Part shown: piece by piece, positions 60,926-64,000 of the stretch
How the letters are laid out: each line of letters starts with the position of its first letter
Position numbering within the stretch: the first letter of the stretch is position 1
DNA from: an uncultured Acidobacteriota bacterium
GTDB lineage: Bacteria; Acidobacteriota; Terriglobia; Terriglobales; Acidobacteriaceae
Assembly: GCA_963803665.1 (NCBI GenBank)
Contig: CAWDNO010000005.1
Coordinates: forward strand, 187,204-251,203
Direction: 5' to 3'
Length of the DNA stretch: 64,000 nucleotides
Made by a program: the position numbers and the translations under genes
The notes under the pieces: model-generated
Told to the model about the DNA's origin: nothing
What the model saw: the letters and a program-made list of their open reading frames with translations, nothing else
The model's database searches: none

Positions 60926-62407
60926 ATGATCTCGCCACACGTTCTCGTCGTAGGTAACGACCCCACTATTATGCGTACCGTCACCGCAATGCTGGCGGAA
61001 ACTTCTTTCCGCGCAGAACAGGCCGGCTTCGGTGCACACGCAGTTGCCAAGGTGAATGGCAATCCTGCCCCAGATCTCGTTCTACTGGAGTTCGGCAACG
61101 GACACCGAGCGGCTGGCTTGCAAGTGTTGCAGGAAATCCGCGCGACCCGGCCGGAATTAGCTGTCGTAGTGCTGTTGGCGTCAAGCGATACCAGGGATGC
61201 GGTCGAAGCGATTCGTCTGGGGGCGCGGGATTACTTAACTGTTCCTTTGCAGGAGATCGAGCTGCAGCAAGTGCTTTTACGTTGCCTTGGTCCAAAGTTG
61301 AGCAGCAACGGAAATGGAACAGGAGACCATCGCGAAATCGTCGAGCATTTGGGAGAAGACGTTTTCTTTGTGGCGGCCAGCCCGGCCATGCGCAAGGTTC
61401 GAGTCCAGGCAGAACTTCTGGCAAAGATTAATGTTCCAGTACTTATTCTCGGTGAAAGCGGAACTGGGAAAGAAGTCACTGCCCACCTTATCCATAAGCT
61501 TTCTTCGCGCTCGCAGCAGAAGTTCTTGAAAGTCAACTGTGCCGCCTTGCCGGGCGAACTGTTGGAAAGCGAACTCTTCGGTTATGAGCGGGGCGCCTTT
61601 ACCGGAGCGATGCGAACCAAGTCCGGTAAGTTCGAACTTTCCCACGGCGGGACCATCCTGCTGGACGAAGTTGCGGAAATCCCACCCAATCTCCAAGCCA
61701 AATTACTGCACGTACTCCAGGACAAGCAATTTTTCCGGCTGGGCGGCGAAACTATGATCGATGTCGACGTGCGCGTTCTGGCCGCCACTAACATCGACGT
61801 TCACGAGGCCATTGTAGACCGCAGGTTCAGAGAAGATCTTTATTATCGCCTCAGCGCTTTCACAATTGTTCTGCCGCCGCTGCGAGAGCGACCAGAAGAG
61901 ATCCCTGTACTGCTTCGCCACTTCATGGCTCGCCTGGCGGCCCAATATACCCTCCCCCCAGTGCCTTTTTCGCCGGCTTTGCTTGAGGCATGTCTGCGTT
62001 ACCCTTGGCCGGGCAACTTGCGAGAATTAGAGAATTTTGTGAAACGTTATCTGGTGATGTCAGATGAGGCCGCGGCGATGGCCGAATTGCGGGCCAATTG
62101 GCATAGGAATCAGGTGGTCAAAGAGTTGCCTCTGCTTCCAATTGCACGTCGTAGCGAGGTCATAGTTGCGAATGGTGAAACTCATGGTTCACCGCTGCAA
62201 TCAGTCCTGCGTACTCTGAAAAATGAAACCGAGCAACACGCAATCAGTCGAGCTTTGCAAGAAACCCACTGGAATCGAAAACGTGCAGCCCGCTTGCTGA
62301 ATATCAGCTACCGCGGCCTGCTCTACAAAATACGCCAGCACGGCATCACGCAAGCCACCGAAACCGTGCTACCTCCACCCCTGCGGGACCGCGAAATTGG
62401 TCAGTAG
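60926..62407 (+). CDS. Sigma-54-dependent enhancer-binding response regulator (REC-AAA+-HTH), intact, atypical receiver
   Basis: The start is placed at MISPHVLVVGND (GAGG 8 nt upstream). GESGTGKE Walker A. GAFTGA at 61592-61609. HTH: WNRKRAARLLNISYRGLLYKI. The receiver reads PDLVLLEFGNG (E at the acceptor position). Confidence 0.85.
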   Translation: MISPHVLVVGNDPTIMRTVTAMLAETSFRAEQAGFGAHAVAKVNGNPAPDLVLLEFGNGHRAAGLQVLQEIRATRPELAVVVLLASSDTRDAVEAIRLGARDYLTVPLQEIELQQVLLRCLGPKLSSNGNGTGDHREIVEHLGEDVFFVAASPAMRKVRVQAELLAKINVPVLILGESGTGKEVTAHLIHKLSSRSQQKFLKVNCAALPGELLESELFGYERGAFTGAMRTKSGKFELSHGGTILLDEVAEIPPNLQAKLLHVLQDKQFFRLGGETMIDVDVRVLAATNIDVHEAIVDRRFREDLYYRLSAFTIVLPPLRERPEEIPVLLRHFMARLAAQYTLPPVPFSPALLEACLRYPWPGNLRELENFVKRYLVMSDEAAAMAELRANWHRNQVVKELPLLPIARRSEVIVANGETHGSPLQSVLRTLKNETEQHAISRALQETHWNRKRAARLLNISYRGLLYKIRQHGITQATETVLPPPLRDREIGQ

Positions 62408-62445
62408 GAAAAGCTAACCGTCATTCCATTGCCGAGGAGCAAATT

Positions 62446-63114
62446 ATGTGCATTGCAAAAAGCAAAACCTTAGAATTTTCTTTAATCGTCATGTTCTGCG
62501 TCGCACCGGGCTGGGCTCAGGATGCCAATAAGAACAACACGCTCACCCAACAAATAGCAGCGGCTTCTGCACCTGCACCGGCACCAACAAATTCGTCGGG
62601 AAGCACCGCTGTAATGTCAAAAGATTTGAACGATTACGTCATTGGCAGTGAGGATGTTCTAGCTGTCGATGTGTGGAAGGAGCCCGAGGTTTCTCACGCG
62701 GTTGTCGTCCGTTCGGATGGCAAGATCTCACTTCCTCTGCTCGGGGACATTCAGGCATCGGGAAAGACTCCGAAACAGCTACAGACCGAGATAGCGCAGG
62801 GTCTTGCATCCTATATTTCCGAACCCGAAGTCGCGGTGTTGGTGCAGAGTATTAACAGCAAGAAGTACAGCATCCTCGGACAAGTTTCGCACGCTGGTTC
62901 GTCTTCACTGACCGGGCCCATGACGGTCCTCGACGCTGTTGCGGCCGCCGGAGGATTCCAGACTTTCGCCAAACGCAAGAAAATTTACATATTGCGCACT
63001 GGCCCCGACGGCCGCGAAAAACGGATTCCGTTCAACTACACCGAGGTCATCAAAGGCAAGCACCCGGAACAAAACGTACAGCTCCAAGCCCGCGACATCA
63101 TTATCGTTCCGTGA
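62446..63114 (+). CDS. Polysaccharide export protein (Wza/EpsE-like periplasmic component), intact
   Basis: 222 aa. Signal peptide, then YVIGSEDVLAVDVWKEPEVS..VRSDGKISLPLLGDIQASGKTPKQL...ARDIIIVP. Confidence 0.85.
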   Translation: MCIAKSKTLEFSLIVMFCVAPGWAQDANKNNTLTQQIAAASAPAPAPTNSSGSTAVMSKDLNDYVIGSEDVLAVDVWKEPEVSHAVVVRSDGKISLPLLGDIQASGKTPKQLQTEIAQGLASYISEPEVAVLVQSINSKKYSILGQVSHAGSSSLTGPMTVLDAVAAAGGFQTFAKRKKIYILRTGPDGREKRIPFNYTEVIKGKHPEQNVQLQARDIIIVP

Positions 63115-63122
63115 GGCATGTT

Positions 63123-64000
63123 ATGAAGAGATTCTTCCTTTTCATCCTTTTGAGCGCGTTCCCTGTATCGCGCGCCTTGTGTCAGAATCCGAATACTCCC
63201 TGGTTGCCGGTGGGGCTCAATGGCGAGACCGGTCCGCTCGGCACTGCCGGAGAGTCTGAGGAGAACGAGCTTTCACTGGGAGTGAGCGTGGGCGGTAATT
63301 ATTATGGCACCGCCTCGTCGAACAACAGCGGGAGCCAGGAAAACGGGAGTTATACGGTCGCGCCCAACATAGCCATCACCGAGCACAGACCGAGGATCTC
63401 CTTCACGCTGCAGTACGCACCCGGATATACCTATTCGCCGCAGACCGGGAACGAACTTACACAGACTTCGCTCGACCAGTTGCAATATCGAATCACGGAA
63501 AAGCTTACCCTGCAGCTCGGCGAACGATACCTGCGCATGAATAGTTGGTTTACGGGCCTGGACGTCAATCCCATGGCCGCGACCGGGAATGTAATTCAAC
63601 AGCCAAATGAATCGATCCTAACTACGCAAACTGTGGTGACGACCAGCCTCTCCACACTCAACCTGGTCTATCAAGCGAGCGATAGCACGGTAATCGGAAT
63701 GGGCGGTTCCTTTAGCACCGGAAATTTCTCGAATGTACAGGTCACGCTCAATCAGCCACTGTTTAACTCCAACTCCGGCACTGGCAGTGCTTACGTTCAG
63801 CACCGGGTGCATGGCAACAACTGGCTGGGAGTTACGGGCACGTTTCAACGAATCGTTACCAGCGGCCAAGCAAAGGAAGGCGCGGACAACCCGTCAGTTC
63901 AGATTTTCTATACCTTTGCCCCCAGTGCGAACACCAGCATGTCATTATTCGCAGGTCCGAGTTATTTTTCATCGCAGGCTGAGACCGACATTCTTCTGTT
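63123..64000 (+). CDS. Outer-membrane beta-barrel protein of the EPS-locus type, 3'-partial (runs off the window)
   Basis: Not in the ORF track. Hand translation from the ATG at 63123 is open to 64000. Signal peptide MKRFFLFILLSAFPVSRALCQ. Alternating strands. ..SMSLFAGPSYF resembles ..SISLFGGPQ in the minus-strand paralog. Confidence 0.7.
   Translation, partial: MKRFFLFILLSAFPVSRALCQNPNTPWLPVGLNGETGPLGTAGESEENELSLGVSVGGNYYGTASSNNSGSQENGSYTVAPNIAITEHRPRISFTLQYAPGYTYSPQTGNELTQTSLDQLQYRITEKLTLQLGERYLRMNSWFTGLDVNPMAATGNVIQQPNESILTTQTVVTTSLSTLNLVYQASDSTVIGMGGSFSTGNFSNVQVTLNQPLFNSNSGTGSAYVQHRVHGNNWLGVTGTFQRIVTSGQAKEGADNPSVQIFYTFAPSANTSMSLFAGPSYFSSQAETDILL

Noticed and set aside
1-64000. A scan for a CRISPR array, rRNA, transposase, integrase or prophage genes, and for riboswitches upstream of metY/metA.
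   Set aside because: No regularly spaced direct repeats and no DDE or tyrosine/serine recombinase motifs appear in any listed ORF. The metY and metA leaders are only 34 and 43 nt long, and the 215-nt leader at 14745-14959 shows no SAM-riboswitch-like conserved core by eye.

Overview
All calls come from reading the sequence and ORF translations by eye. No database searches or HMMs were run. The gene content suggests a chromosomal segment of an Acidobacteriota-like bacterium (TPR-tailed Ser/Thr kinase, PEP-CTERM/exosortase-style EPS genes, sigma-54 activators); this is inference only.

Layout:
(i) 0.2-2.6 kb: a Ser/Thr kinase broken into at least 6 frames.
(ii) 2.9-13.5 kb: a secreted beta-propeller, DUF2127, Zn-ADH, a DUF1326-like protein, a lysine-rich H1-like protein, a DHA2 MFS pump, an acyl-CoA synthetase, metA and metY.
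(iii) 13.5-18.3 kb: an uncharacterised cassette of two paralogous flavoprotein oxidoreductases around an ATP-grasp ligase and a SAM methyltransferase, packed against metY-metA.
(iv) 18.4-53.6 kb: one co-directional minus-strand exopolysaccharide locus of about 35 kb. It holds wecB, a FemAB-like protein, deacetylases, an FkbH-like protein, an AsnB-like amidotransferase, GT2/GT4/DUF354 transferases, Wzy-like and Wzx genes, a Wlb-type diacetamido-sugar triad, a priming sugar transferase, a tyrosine kinase, an ExeA-like ATPase, a chain-length determinant, an OMP and a Wza-like exporter. A NusG/UpxY-like gene and a sigma-54 activator head the locus.
(v) 53.7-60.3 kb: a regulatory island with three paralogous LuxR regulators that lack the phospho-acceptor Asp, a PilZ protein and two Phd/PIN toxin-antitoxin pairs.
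(vi) 60.3-64.0 kb: an intact, divergently oriented second copy of the NusG-like / sigma-54 activator / exporter / OMP module, which runs off the window.

No rRNA, tRNA, CRISPR array, transposase or integrase was recognised.

Main caveat and main oddity: roughly three dozen single-base frame breaks are confined to 0.2-4.1 kb and 24.7-53.6 kb, while the flanking genes are clean. Many genes are therefore reported as full-span frame-broken genes rather than as ORF fragments.
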